Origin: Pseudomonadota bacterium
GTDB lineage: Bacteria > Desulfobacterota > JADFVX01
Length of the DNA stretch: 46,076 nucleotides
NCBI GenBank assembly: GCA_015222555.1
Contig: JADFVM010000320.1
Span: 1 to 46,076 of the forward strand
Reading direction: 5' to 3'
Made by a program: the position numbers and the translations under genes. Under the pieces are notes generated by a model. The model saw nothing but the letters and a program-made list of their open reading frames with translations. It ran no database searches and was not told where the DNA came from. Numbering within the stretch: position 1 is the stretch's first letter; each line of letters begins with the position of its first letter. Positions 27,165 through 37,342 of the stretch are shown one piece after another.

Positions 27165-27998
27165 ATGACAGATAAAATAAAAGATACTGGAGAAGAGCCT
27201 TTAGTACAAAAGAAAGAAGAATTCCTGCAGATCTTTAAAAAAGGTGCTGAATTTACCCAGGAACTGCTGAAAGAAAATGAGCGCCTGAGATATAAGCTTG
27301 CGCAACTGGAAGAAAGCACCGGCTCCTTGCCTGGCGATTCATCAGGATCAGATGAAAAGCTTCGTCGAAAAATAGAGGATCTGCAAGCGGAGATCGAGAA
27401 TCTCACCGTGGCATTCAAGAAGGTTGAGTCTGAAAATACTGACTTTGCCAGTAGATATGTCGATATCGAGGAGGAGAATAATAACCTGGCTAATTTGTAC
27501 ATCGCCAGTTACCAGCTCCACTCGACGCTTGACTTTTCAGAAGTGCTCCAGATAATCATGGAGATTATAATCAACTTGATTGGCGCAGAAGTCTTTGCTG
27601 TCCTGCTTCTTGACGAAACATCACATTGTCTGTTGCCTGTTGCTACGGAGGGAATCACAGAGGAAGAAGTTCCTGAAATAAAGGTTGGTGATGGAGTGAT
27701 TGGAGGCGTACTAAAATCAAGTGAGAGCTATTTTACCCAGGACCTCAGCAGTAAGGGGGATGTCGACCCTCTTGATCCCCTGGTTTGCATTCCTTTAACG
27801 ATTAAGGACCAGGTTATCGGAGTGATTGTCATATACAAATTATTAATGCAGAAAGAAAAATTTCGTGACGTTGATTATGAACTTTTTACCCTCCTGGCAG
27901 GACATGCGGCCACGGCGATATTTGCAGCGAGATTGTACTCTGAATCAGAAAGAAAACTTTCAACTATACAAGGCTTTATTGGCCTGTTAACCAAGTAA
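27165..27998 (+). CDS. Coiled-coil plus GAF domain protein
   Basis: The N-terminal ~110 aa show heptad-type sequence (LKENERLRYKLAQLEE, LRRKIEDLQAEIENLTVAFKKVESEN). The C-terminal ~160 aa are GAF-like (LDFSEVLQIIMEIIINLIGAEVFAVLLLDE...VIGVIVIYKL...ELFTLLAGHAATAI). Confidence 0.7.
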   Translation: MTDKIKDTGEEPLVQKKEEFLQIFKKGAEFTQELLKENERLRYKLAQLEESTGSLPGDSSGSDEKLRRKIEDLQAEIENLTVAFKKVESENTDFASRYVDIEEENNNLANLYIASYQLHSTLDFSEVLQIIMEIIINLIGAEVFAVLLLDETSHCLLPVATEGITEEEVPEIKVGDGVIGGVLKSSESYFTQDLSSKGDVDPLDPLVCIPLTIKDQVIGVIVIYKLLMQKEKFRDVDYELFTLLAGHAATAIFAARLYSESERKLSTIQGFIGLLTK

Positions 27999-28020
27999 GG
28001 TACCCTGAGGAAGCCAGATC

Positions 28021-28398
28021 ATGTCAAAATTTAAGGTTCTAGTCGTTGATGATTCTCCCACTATGAGGCAATTGATTGTCTTTGCTCTGAAGAGATTAAG
28101 AGACGTGAGCATTACTGAAGCGAATGATGGTGTTGATGGTTTAAAAAAGATTTCGGCTGACAAGTTTGACCTGGTACTTACTGACATTAACATGCCGGTC
28201 ATGGACGGTTTAAAGCTTGTAAGCTTAATTCGCAGTGACGCAACGCACAAAGACGTTCCTATTGTGGTCATAACGACTGAAGGTGGTCTGGAGGACAAAA
28301 ACAGGGCAATAGCGCTTGGAGCAAACTCATATATAACTAAGCCGATTCAGGCTAATCATGTTTTAACAGTTGTTAAGGACCTCTTAGCAATAACTTAA
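28021..28398 (+). CDS. cheY: CheY-like single-domain response regulator
   Basis: 125 aa with VVDDS, LVLTDINMPVMDGLK, VVITTEG and YITKP. Confidence 0.9.
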   Translation: MSKFKVLVVDDSPTMRQLIVFALKRLRDVSITEANDGVDGLKKISADKFDLVLTDINMPVMDGLKLVSLIRSDATHKDVPIVVITTEGGLEDKNRAIALGANSYITKPIQANHVLTVVKDLLAIT

Positions 28399-28513
28399 CC
28401 TTCATATAACACGCTTCTCAACACCATATCCTTTACGAACTTTCAGTAAAGTTCTGCCATTTATTTAATAATATTCTATCTCTAAATTTGCCATTGTTAA
28501 AGCAGGAGCATTA

Positions 28514-29878
28514 ATGCAGATAATTATTATAGGCGCTGGAGAAGTCGGTTACAGCATTGCTGAAATCCTTTCCAGAGAGAATAAGGATGTTGTTGTCATC
28601 GACGCAGATGCGGCCAGACTAAAGAGAGTAAGTGATGGTCTTGATATCAAGACCGTTTGCGGCAGTGGAAGTAACCCAAAAGTCCTCTCTATGGCCGGTT
28701 TGAATCAGGCTGATATGCTTATCGCTGTGACAGACAGTGATGAAGTGAATATGATTGCCTGCCTCATTGCAGGTTCACAGGCTAATATCCCGGTTAAGAT
28801 TGCCAGAATCAGGAACCCTGAATATGCAGAAAATACGACTATTCTGGACAAAAAACATCTGAATATTGATCTGGCCATTAGTCCGGAACGGGCAGCCGCT
28901 GACGTCATCCTTAACATTCTTGCCGTGCCTCACGCTTCTTCAGTTGCTGAGTTTTTTGAGGGGAAAGTTAAACTTTTCAGTTTGAAGGTTAATTCGGGGT
29001 GTCCTGTTATCGGAAAACTTTTAAAAGATCTGCCTTTTTTGCATCCCGGCAGTAATGTTTTGATCCCGGCCATTTGTCGGGAAGGGAAAATTATTATACC
29101 AAGGGGCAATGATCTTATTCTTGAAGGTGATGAGGTGTACACTATCACTGCATCGGAGAATGTTAGCAGAGTGATCAGCTTTTTCGGATTTGATGCTGAC
29201 AAGGGTAGAAGGGTCATGATTGCCGGCGGAGGAAGGATCGGTCATTATCTGGCAAAAAAACTTGAAAAACAGGGTATAAGCGTCAAGATCGTTGAACGGT
29301 GTGAGGCAAAATGTGAAGAGATTGCCGAGGATTTAAAAAAGACAGTTGTATTAAATGGTGATGTTTCTGAACAGGATTTGTTAACAGAGGAAAATATTTC
29401 CAATATGGATTATTTTATTGCTGTAACAAATGATGACGAAGTGAATATATTATCCTCTATCCTGGCAAAACAGATGGGTGCAAAAACTGTTATTACACTG
29501 GTGAATAAAGCAACATATATCCCCCTGACGTCACAGGTCGGCATTGATGTTGCCCTCAGTCCAAGGCTTTCCACGGTGAGCGGAATTCTTCAATATGCCA
29601 GAAGGGGGAAGATCTTATCTCTCACCTCCATCCATGAAGAAGATGCCGAGGCAATTGAGGTCATCGCCCTTGAAACATCAGACATTGTTAATAAACCCCT
29701 TAAAGATATCAAAGAGCCTAAAGGCGCTATCATAGGAGCTATTGAAAGGGAGGGGCGTGTAATTATTCCAAAAGGAGAAGATGTGGTGCTCCCGGGAGAC
29801 AGGGTGCTTATATTTACTCTCCGTGCATCTATTAAAGATGTCGAAAAATCGCTCATGGTAAAGATGGAGTTCTTTTAG
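28514..29878 (+). CDS. trkA: Trk potassium uptake system NAD-binding subunit TrkA (tandem RCK)
   Basis: MQIIIIGAGEVGYSIAEIL and a second VMIAGGGRIGHYLAKKL Rossmann motif, each followed by an RCK-C-like segment. Confidence 0.95.
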   Translation: MQIIIIGAGEVGYSIAEILSRENKDVVVIDADAARLKRVSDGLDIKTVCGSGSNPKVLSMAGLNQADMLIAVTDSDEVNMIACLIAGSQANIPVKIARIRNPEYAENTTILDKKHLNIDLAISPERAAADVILNILAVPHASSVAEFFEGKVKLFSLKVNSGCPVIGKLLKDLPFLHPGSNVLIPAICREGKIIIPRGNDLILEGDEVYTITASENVSRVISFFGFDADKGRRVMIAGGGRIGHYLAKKLEKQGISVKIVERCEAKCEEIAEDLKKTVVLNGDVSEQDLLTEENISNMDYFIAVTNDDEVNILSSILAKQMGAKTVITLVNKATYIPLTSQVGIDVALSPRLSTVSGILQYARRGKILSLTSIHEEDAEAIEVIALETSDIVNKPLKDIKEPKGAIIGAIEREGRVIIPKGEDVVLPGDRVLIFTLRASIKDVEKSLMVKMEFF

Positions 29879-31323
29879 TGCAATTTCGTCTTTTGTTTCA
29901 CACCCTTAGTATTCTCACTATTTTCCTCGGTGTGAGTATGCTTTTACCCCTCTGTGTCGGCTTTATTTACGGCGAAAATGATGTGAAAGCCTTCTCAATC
30001 TCACTCTTGCTTTGCCTGTTATTCGGGGCCATCTTATACGTAATAACGAGAAATCCAAAAAAAGAAATTAGCCATAAAGAGGGCTTCGCAATTGTCACCC
30101 TGGGTTGGATCACTGTTGCTTTTTGGGGGGGCTTTCCTTACCTGTTATCCGGTTCCCTTCACAGCTTTACCGACGCATATTTTGAATCAGTTTCAGGTTT
30201 TACTACGACGGGGTCAACGGTTATTACTAATATAGAGAGCATGAGCCATGCCATCCTAATCTGGAGGAGTTTTACTCAATGGCTTGGCGGAATGGGAATT
30301 ATTCTTCTTTCTATTGCCATTTTACCACTGTTGGGTGTGGGCGGTATGCAGCTTTACAAGGCAGAGGTTCCCGGCCCGGTGAAAGATAAACTTAGGCCGA
30401 GAATCGGTGAGACAGCCAAGCTGCTCTGGAAGGTATATCTCTTGTTAACATTTATAGAATTCATTCTTCTTCGGGTGGGTGGAATGAGTTTTTATGATGC
30501 TATTTGTCACAGTTTTACAACAATGGCAACGGGGGGATTTTCTACAAAAAATATTAGTATCGAAGCTTTTCACAGCAATTATATAGAAGGCGTGGTTACT
30601 GTCTTTATGCTTCTTGCAGGTATTAATTTTGCGCTCCACTACCAGGCACTGGTAGGTAACATCAAGTCCATGATAAAAGATAATGAATTTAAATTTTATA
30701 TAGCGGCTATCGCTTTTGCCATAGTTATGATTTTTATCAATCTTCTCTCCGTGTCTGGCTATAGTATTGGAGATGCCTTTCGTTACAGTGCCTTTCAGGC
30801 TGTCTCAATAATGACTACAACGGGGTACTCATCTACGAACTTTGAGAACTGGTCAGGTTTCGGACAATGCTTTCTACTTGTATTGATGTTCATTGGTGGC
30901 TGCGCTGGATCCACTGCCGGTGGGATTAAGGTCCTCAGAGTCGTTATTCTTTTAAAGTTGGGCTACAGGGAGTTATACCGTCTAATTCATCCAAGGGCGG
31001 TTGCGCATATAAAATTTAACAATGCGAAAGTTCCTTCTGATGTTGTCGATTCAATTTGGGGATTCGTATTCCTTTACATGCTTTTCTTCGTTATAGCTGC
31101 AGCGATTATGAGTTTTCTGGGAATGGACTTAATCAGTGCAGTATCGTCTGTTGCTGCTTCAATCGGTAACATCGGGCCAGGACTTGGGACTGTAGGACCT
31201 TATGATAATTTCAGCGCTATACCTGTTATTGGTAAATGGGTACTGATTTTCTGCATGATACTGGGTCGGCTGGAAGTATATACGCTATTAATTCTCTTTA
31301 TTCCCGAGTTCTGGAGAAAATAA
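29878..31323 (+). CDS. trkH: Trk potassium uptake membrane subunit TrkH
   Basis: Polytopic, with selectivity-filter-like GFTTTGST, MATGGFST and TTTGYSS repeats. The GTG start overlaps the trkA stop. Confidence 0.95.
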   Translation: MQFRLLFHTLSILTIFLGVSMLLPLCVGFIYGENDVKAFSISLLLCLLFGAILYVITRNPKKEISHKEGFAIVTLGWITVAFWGGFPYLLSGSLHSFTDAYFESVSGFTTTGSTVITNIESMSHAILIWRSFTQWLGGMGIILLSIAILPLLGVGGMQLYKAEVPGPVKDKLRPRIGETAKLLWKVYLLLTFIEFILLRVGGMSFYDAICHSFTTMATGGFSTKNISIEAFHSNYIEGVVTVFMLLAGINFALHYQALVGNIKSMIKDNEFKFYIAAIAFAIVMIFINLLSVSGYSIGDAFRYSAFQAVSIMTTTGYSSTNFENWSGFGQCFLLVLMFIGGCAGSTAGGIKVLRVVILLKLGYRELYRLIHPRAVAHIKFNNAKVPSDVVDSIWGFVFLYMLFFVIAAAIMSFLGMDLISAVSSVAASIGNIGPGLGTVGPYDNFSAIPVIGKWVLIFCMILGRLEVYTLLILFIPEFWRK

Positions 31324-31605
31324 TTGACGTAATATGATTTTTTTAATAATGAGGATATTCGCCTCTGCCGTACAATTGCCCAGGCTGTCGGCAACGCAAT
31401 TAATTACAAAAGTTCACTATCAAACTGAAAAGGGTTTCTAACCATCACTTTTCTGCCCTCCCTCCCAGCATTTCTCCTAATTACGATCTATTCTTCGCAA
31501 ATTGATTTTGTAATAATTGCATGACATTAATAATGAACAACTATGCCGTGCTTTGATGTTAGGCTATAATAGGAATTAACAGCTTATATTAAGATAAAAA
31601 CCGAT

Positions 31606-33447
31606 ATGAAAAAACTAAAAACAGACATATTCCAGGAAAAGCTTAAAAAGCTTCCATCAACATCAGGTGTCTACCTGATGAAAGATGATAAAGATGGAAT
31701 TATCTACGTCGGTAAGGCTAAAAACATTAAAGCAAGGTTGTCGTCCTACCTGGGTGGAAAGGATAGTCGATATCAGGTCAAATTTCTGATGAGGAATGTC
31801 GCCGACATTGAAGTCATGGTGACGGATACGGAAAAAGAGGCCCTTATCCTGGAGGATATCCTCATAAAGAAACACAGGCCTCGCTACAATATTCATCTTA
31901 AAGACGATAAAACCTACCTTAGTCTCAGAGTCAATACAAAACATCCCTTCCCCCGTGTGGAAGTGGTCAGGAAAAGAGAAAAAGATTCTGCCCTTTATTT
32001 CGGACCCTATTCGTCAGCTCAGGCCTTGCGCGATACCTTGAGCCTATTGCAGCGTGTTTTTATGATCAGGACCTGCACGGAAAGCTACTTCTCCAACAGG
32101 GCAAGACCTTGCCTCAATTATCAGATTAAAAGATGTCTGGGCCCCTGTTGCGATCTTGTGTCGAAGGAAGAATACGGGGACGTGATGTCCGAGGTGATAC
32201 TCTTTCTGGAAGGCAAGAATAAGGAATTGATAAAGAGGTTCAAAAAGAGGATGAAGAAAACTTCTGACCAGATGAATTTTGAAGAGGCGGCGAGGTTTCG
32301 GGATTGCATCTTCAATATCGAAAAAACACTGGAAAAACAACATGTCTTCACCTCACAGGGTGTAGAGAGAGATGTTGTCGGATTTTACTTTCATGACCGC
32401 AAAGTTGCTATCTACTCACTTTTTATAAGGGGGGGCAAGGTGGGTGGTGGAAAGTCTTTTATCTTTGAAGACCGGGGCGTGCCTGAAAGTGAACTGCTGT
32501 CATCCTTTTTACGGCGTTACTACAGTAGCGGTCGATATATCGCAAAAGAGCTGCTCATTCCCCTTGAAATTGATGATTGGGAAGTCATTGAAGAATGGTT
32601 AAGTGACATGAAGGGGAAAAAGGTGCGCCTTTATAATCCAAAAATGGGTGAAAAACGGCGTTTAGTCGATCTTGCAATGAAGAACGCAAAAAGCAGTCTG
32701 ATGGCGGAACTGAAGGATGAAAGGTCCGATGAAGAGCTCTTGTCAAGAATCAAAGAGCAGTTTAATTTAAATCATCTTCCCACCAGGATAGAGTGTTTTG
32801 ACATCTCCAATATTCAGGGTGAACAGGCTGTTGGCTCTTTGGTGACTTTTGTCGCTGGAAAGGCTGACAAAAATCTCTATCGTCATTTTAAGATCAAAAC
32901 AGTACAAGGCCCCGATGATTTTTCCATGATGTATGAGGTGATCCATAGGAGATTAAAGAGAGGACTGGAAGCCGGAGATTTGCCAAACCTCATCTTGATT
33001 GATGGGGGTAAAGGACAGCTTTCCATGGCAAAAAAAGCACTCGAAGAAAATGGTTTGACGGATGCTGTAGACCTTCTTGCAATAGCCAAGGAAAAAGTGT
33101 TAAAGGTAAAGGGGATTGAGGAAAAAAAGGAAGAGAGAGTCTACATGCCGGGAAGGAAAAATCCGGTAAAGCTGAAGGACAAGGGTGAAATACTTTATTT
33201 ATTCCAGAGAATAAGAGACGAGGCGCATCGTTTCGCCATTACCTATCATCGAAAACTTAGAGGTAAGGCGGCATTGATTTCTCCTCTCGATGGCATTAAA
33301 GGTGTAGGACACTCGAAAAAGACGTCTTTGTTAAATCACTTTGGCAGCCTTAAGAAGGTGAGATCGGCGTCTATAGAGGAATTGCAAGAGGTTCCCGGTA
33401 TTTCAGAGAAGCTTGCAGTTGAAATCAACAGAGGGCTGAGAGCTTGA
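31606..33447 (+). CDS. uvrC: Excinuclease ABC subunit C
   Basis: GIY-YIG motifs (GVYLMKDDKDGIIYVGKAKNIKARL), a UVR domain (FEEAARFRD), the endonuclease block IECFDISNIQG and a C-terminal (HhH)2. Confidence 0.95.
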   Translation: MKKLKTDIFQEKLKKLPSTSGVYLMKDDKDGIIYVGKAKNIKARLSSYLGGKDSRYQVKFLMRNVADIEVMVTDTEKEALILEDILIKKHRPRYNIHLKDDKTYLSLRVNTKHPFPRVEVVRKREKDSALYFGPYSSAQALRDTLSLLQRVFMIRTCTESYFSNRARPCLNYQIKRCLGPCCDLVSKEEYGDVMSEVILFLEGKNKELIKRFKKRMKKTSDQMNFEEAARFRDCIFNIEKTLEKQHVFTSQGVERDVVGFYFHDRKVAIYSLFIRGGKVGGGKSFIFEDRGVPESELLSSFLRRYYSSGRYIAKELLIPLEIDDWEVIEEWLSDMKGKKVRLYNPKMGEKRRLVDLAMKNAKSSLMAELKDERSDEELLSRIKEQFNLNHLPTRIECFDISNIQGEQAVGSLVTFVAGKADKNLYRHFKIKTVQGPDDFSMMYEVIHRRLKRGLEAGDLPNLILIDGGKGQLSMAKKALEENGLTDAVDLLAIAKEKVLKVKGIEEKKEERVYMPGRKNPVKLKDKGEILYLFQRIRDEAHRFAITYHRKLRGKAALISPLDGIKGVGHSKKTSLLNHFGSLKKVRSASIEELQEVPGISEKLAVEINRGLRA

Positions 33448-33972
33448 CAAGAAACATTTTAAGGGTGTGACTAAGCTAAGGGCGGTTTTATCATGAAATA
33501 TGAGTTTGTAGAAGCACTGGATATGGCTTTTAATGCCGCGCTGTCAGCCGGTATATTATGCCGCAGGATCAGGTCATGCGTATCCCGGTCGAGTCCTTCC
33601 ACCCGTTTCGGAGAAGTCCTTCCATCTATTCCGATAAATCTCTTCCAGTAATTCCGATTTAGTTCTTCCACCATTCCGTTCTAAACCTTCCATTTATTTG
33701 GGCGTTTAAATGCCTCATGTCTTTACCTATACGGCTGTGAACCAGACGGCAGAATATGAGCCACCAATGTTGAGCAACTATAGCAGCACGGCAACGGTTT
33801 ACAGCTTTTTTAAGGAGCATCATGACATACCTTATCTACGCTGGGAAGATAGGGTTAATTTGACGCTTACAAAAAAAGGATGAATAGTTTTGAATTTCCC
33901 TGAAAAAGGTGTTCATCAAGGGGATAAAATTATAGACTTATTTCACCTATTGCGGTATATTATGCCGATTGT

Positions 33973-34049
33973 CGGGGCGTAGCGCAGCCTGGTAGCGCAC
34001 CTGAATGGGGTTCAGGTGGTCGGAAGTTCAAATCTTCTCGCCCCGACCA
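33973..34049 (+). tRNA. tRNA-Pro (anticodon GGG)
   Basis: Hand-folded cloverleaf: acceptor CGGGGCG/CGCCCCG, D-stem GCGC/GCGC, anticodon stem CCTGA/TCAGG with loop ATGGGGT, T-stem GGAAG/CTTCT with TTCAAAT, and an encoded CCA. Confidence 0.9.
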
Positions 34050-34087
34050 TTTCATCCTTTCCAAATAACTTAAGCACCCTAAATCCC

Positions 34088-34828
34088 TTGAATATTCTTG
34101 TAACAAACGACGACGGTATTTTCTCAGAAGGGATAAAAGCCCTTGCTCAGTCATTAATGAGTATGGGAGATGTTTATGTCGTCGCGCCTGACAGGGAACG
34201 AAGCGCTGCCGGTCATTCTCTAACCCTTCACCATCCCCTTCGTGTCGAAGAAGTTTCTAAAAACCACTTTTCAGTTGATGGCACGCCCACGGATTGCGTT
34301 AATCTGGCAATGAACGGTATATTGCCATTTCGTCCGGATATCATCGTCTCCGGTATAAACAAGGGCGCCAATATGGGTGATGATATTACCTATTCGGGGA
34401 CAGTCTCTGCCGCGATGGAGGGGACACTCCTCGGGATTCCTTCTGTTGCTTTCTCTCTGGATACAAGGAAAGATTTTGACTTTTCTGTGGCGTCAAACTT
34501 TTCCCTTAAGGTTGTTAAAAAGGTCCTTGAAATAGGAATGCCCAAGGACACCTTACTCAATGTTAATGTACCCCATTTAAGCGAAAATGAAATTAAAGGC
34601 TGTAAAATTACACGGCAGGGTAAGCGGGTTTATGGTGATGCCATTGTTGAAAAGGTTGATCCCCGTGGAAGGAAGTACTTCTGGATAGGTGGGGATGATC
34701 TGGGCTTTGAACATGTTGAAGATTCCGACTTTCAGGCCCTTGCGGAAGGATATATTTCCATCACCCCCCTTCATCTTGATCTGACCAATTACAGCTCCAT
34801 GGATGAGCTGGGCACGTGGAGGTTTTGA
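34088..34828 (+). CDS. surE: 5'/3'-nucleotidase SurE
   Basis: [59 protein letters not shown] and ITPLHLDLT. The ORF-track start at 34016 lies inside the tRNA-Pro gene. The TTG at 34088 gives the usual (M)xILxTNDDG N-terminus. Confidence 0.9.
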   Translation: MNILVTNDDGIFSEGIKALAQSLMSMGDVYVVAPDRERSAAGHSLTLHHPLRVEEVSKNHFSVDGTPTDCVNLAMNGILPFRPDIIVSGINKGANMGDDITYSGTVSAAMEGTLLGIPSVAFSLDTRKDFDFSVASNFSLKVVKKVLEIGMPKDTLLNVNVPHLSENEIKGCKITRQGKRVYGDAIVEKVDPRGRKYFWIGGDDLGFEHVEDSDFQALAEGYISITPLHLDLTNYSSMDELGTWRF

Positions 34829-34832
34829 TTTC

Positions 34833-35501
34833 GTGATAGACCACAGGAGAGCTTCCAGGCGGATGGTTGAAGACTATGTCATCTCCAATGGCGTAAAGGA
34901 TGAAAGGGTCATTGACGCCATGGTTGAGGTGCCGCGTCATCTCTTTGTGGAAGAGGCCCTTGCAGGACAGGCCTATGGTGATTCTGCCCTTCCCATCGGT
35001 GATGGCCAGAGCATCTCCAGGCCCTTTGTCGTTGCACGGATGTCGGAAGCGCTGTGTCTTCAGGGGGATGAAAGGGTCCTGGAAGTAGGTGGAGGCTCTG
35101 CTTACCAGTCGGCAATCCTTTCGAGGCTGGCAGGAGAGATCTTCAGCATAGAGCGCTTGCAGTCGCTGGCAACAAAGGCCAGGCGGATATTGTTGACCTT
35201 AAAGTGTCAAAACGTCCTCTTTAAAGTGAGTGACGGCACGCTCGGCTGGAAGGACAAGGCCCCCTTTGATGCCATCCTTGTGGCCGCCTCGTCGCCCGCG
35301 GTGCCTCAGGAGCTATTAAGCCAGTTGAAGGATGGCGGTCGCCTGGTCATTCCCATCGGCAAGGGCGGCAAGAACGATGTTCAACACCTGATGCGATATG
35401 TGAAGATGGGTGACAGCTTTAAAAAGGAATACCTAGATGACTGCTCCTTTGTCCCTCTCATTGGTGAACAGGGATGGAAGGAAGGCGAGATCAATGCTTA
35501 G
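34833..35501 (+). CDS. pcm: Protein-L-isoaspartate O-methyltransferase
   Basis: VPRHLFV, ALPIGDGQSISRPFVVARM and VLEVGGGSAYQSAIL (SAM motif). The GTG at 34833 lies 5 nt after the surE stop, with GGAGG upstream. The ATG at 34803 (ORF track) is the alternative. Confidence 0.85.
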   Translation: MIDHRRASRRMVEDYVISNGVKDERVIDAMVEVPRHLFVEEALAGQAYGDSALPIGDGQSISRPFVVARMSEALCLQGDERVLEVGGGSAYQSAILSRLAGEIFSIERLQSLATKARRILLTLKCQNVLFKVSDGTLGWKDKAPFDAILVAASSPAVPQELLSQLKDGGRLVIPIGKGGKNDVQHLMRYVKMGDSFKKEYLDDCSFVPLIGEQGWKEGEINA

Positions 35502-36078
35502 AAAAAGTTATGACTGGGTCATGCAGTGGGCAGATTCCCCTTATGGCACATGGGCGCTTTTCTGGCTTGCCCTGGCTGAATCCTCATTTTTCCCCATCCC
35601 TCCCGATGTCCTTTTAATGGCCCTTTCTCTTGCAAAACCTTCCAAGGCCTTCATTTATGCAGGCGTATCATCCCTTGGTTCCCTTATCGGCGGTGTGATA
35701 GGCTATTTTCTCGGTTTTGGCCTTATGGAAGCCGTGGGTAATCCTATTCTCCATTTTTATGGGGCCATGGATAAATTTGATACCATACGTGAATTATATA
35801 ACAACTATGACGCCTGGGCTGTCGCCATCGCCGGGTTTACACCCATCCCTTACAAGGTGTTTACTATTGCAGCCGGTGCATGTGAAATCAACCTTACCGT
35901 CTTTATTGTCGCCTCACTGATAAGCCGCTCAGCCCGTTTTTTTATCGTGGCAGGGCTCATCTATAAGTTTGGAAAACCTGTTAAAGGTTTCATCGATAAG
36001 TATTTTAACCTTCTGACTATCATATTCGTCATCCTTCTTGCTGCCGGTTTTGCATTAGTAAAGATATTTTTCAAATGA
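35494..36078 (+). CDS. YqaA/DedA-like (VTT domain) inner-membrane protein
   Basis: WALFWLALAESSFFPIPPDVLLMAL is the typical YqaA block, and there are 4-5 hydrophobic segments. The ATG at 35494 overlaps the pcm stop region. The ORF-track start at 35437 would lie inside pcm. Confidence 0.7.
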   Translation: MLRKSYDWVMQWADSPYGTWALFWLALAESSFFPIPPDVLLMALSLAKPSKAFIYAGVSSLGSLIGGVIGYFLGFGLMEAVGNPILHFYGAMDKFDTIRELYNNYDAWAVAIAGFTPIPYKVFTIAAGACEINLTVFIVASLISRSARFFIVAGLIYKFGKPVKGFIDKYFNLLTIIFVILLAAGFALVKIFFK

Positions 36079-36794
36079 TTGGACAAGTTAAATATAAGAA
36101 ATTAGCTTTATTATTCCTCACCCTTCTTGTTTTTCTTGGTTGTGGTTCCGGGTATGGCATATACCACGGAGTCAGGCCGGGCGAAACATTTCAGATGATT
36201 TGCAAGGCCTATGGCCTTAATGAAGAAAGTGTGGCAAATTTTAATTACATCCCCGATACATCAAAGGTTAAGGCCGGTGACGCAATCTGGATATCGGGCG
36301 CAGAACGCGAGCTATCAGCCCGTGAAATTAAATCGCCATCCAGCAACAATACATCTAAGATCAAGGCAAACAGAAAAAAGACAGTTCTTCAAAAGAAAAG
36401 TCCCCCCGTCAGTCGTAGTGCCAAAGGCGCCTTTCAGTGGCCCCTTCAAGGGGATGTATTTTCTAAATTTGGTAATACGAATGGTGAAGTCCATGATGGA
36501 ATTGATATTCGCGCCGGCATTGGCGATGAAATAAGGGCTTCCGCTGGCGGCAGGGTAATCTATAGCGGGAATGATATTAAGAGTTACGGACACATGGTGA
36601 TCATCAAACATGAAGGCCGGTTTTCTTCTGTTTATGCCCATAACAAAAAGAATCTCGTCGAAAAGGGAAGTTTTATTAAGGAAGGTGAAGTGATTGCTCT
36701 TGTAGGTGACAGCGGCATCAGTAACGGCCCCTCACTTCACTTTGAAATAAGGGAAGGGAAGAAAGCAGTCAATCCTCTCTCATATCTCCCATAA
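36075..36794 (+). CDS. nlpD: NlpD-like lipoprotein: LysM plus M23 peptidase domain
   Basis: Lipobox LVFLGC. LysM-like YHGVRPGETFQMICKAYGL...VKAGDAIWI. M23 block with HDGIDI, GHMVIIKH, SVYAHN and GPSLHFEIR. Confidence 0.85.
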   Translation: MIGQVKYKKLALLFLTLLVFLGCGSGYGIYHGVRPGETFQMICKAYGLNEESVANFNYIPDTSKVKAGDAIWISGAERELSAREIKSPSSNNTSKIKANRKKTVLQKKSPPVSRSAKGAFQWPLQGDVFSKFGNTNGEVHDGIDIRAGIGDEIRASAGGRVIYSGNDIKSYGHMVIIKHEGRFSSVYAHNKKNLVEKGSFIKEGEVIALVGDSGISNGPSLHFEIREGKKAVNPLSYLP

Positions 36795-36826
36795 TTAAAA
36801 AAAACATCGAAATAAGGAGAAAATAG

Positions 36827-37342
36827 GTGGAAAAGTTAAAGGAAATAATCAGGGATGTTCCTGACTTCCCGAAGGAAGGGATCGTCTTTAAAGACATCAC
36901 AACACTCTTGCAGGATGCTAAATCTTATCAAAGAATGATCGATTTAATTGCTCACAGATACATTGATGAAAAAATTGACCTGGTTCTTGGTGTAGAAGCA
37001 AGAGGTTTTATTATGGGCGCCGCGCTGGCATATAAACTTGGAAAGGGTATTATCCTAGTAAGAAAGCCGGGGAAACTTCCCTATAAAACACACAGCACGA
37101 CCTATGAACTTGAATACGGAACCGATGAACTGCATATCCATCAGGATGCCATCAAAAAGGGACAGAGGATTCTTATTGCCGATGATCTGCTGGCCACGGG
37201 GGGGACGGTGAAGGCGGTCATAGACCTGATAGAAAAAATGGGGGCTGAGATAGTCGAATGCGCATTCCTTGCAGAGTTGAAGTTTCTTAATGGGCAGGAA
37301 AAGCTGAAACCTCATAAAGTCTTTTCCCTGCTTCAATTTTAA
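36827..37342 (+). CDS. apt: Adenine phosphoribosyltransferase
   Basis: [24 protein letters not shown] and the PRPP motif [16 protein letters not shown] start with an AAGGAG RBS. Confidence 0.9.
   Translation: MEKLKEIIRDVPDFPKEGIVFKDITTLLQDAKSYQRMIDLIAHRYIDEKIDLVLGVEARGFIMGAALAYKLGKGIILVRKPGKLPYKTHSTTYELEYGTDELHIHQDAIKKGQRILIADDLLATGGTVKAVIDLIEKMGAEIVECAFLAELKFLNGQEKLKPHKVFSLLQF

Noticed and set aside
33471-33674. 67-aa minus-strand ORF considered as a transposase or integrase fragment next to tRNA-Pro.
   Set aside because: I could not match it to any transposase, integrase or toxin family motif. It is kept only as part of the finding on the gene-poor interval.
33729-33783. Shared 9-10-mers (tacggctgtg, caactatag) between the uvrC/tRNA-Pro spacer and the region after tRNA-Arg (37676-37765), considered as repeat-element ends.
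   Set aside because: The spacing differs (46 versus 81 nt). Thousands of 10-mer matches are expected by chance between positions of a 46-kb window.
34016-34087. ORF-track extension of surE to 34016.
   Set aside because: The extension overlaps the tRNA-Pro gene (33973-34049). SurE homology begins at NILVTNDDG, reached from the TTG at 34088.
35437-35493. ORF-track extension of the YqaA-like gene to 35437.
   Set aside because: It lies inside the pcm coding region. The hydrophobic YqaA-like sequence starts after the internal ATG at 35494.
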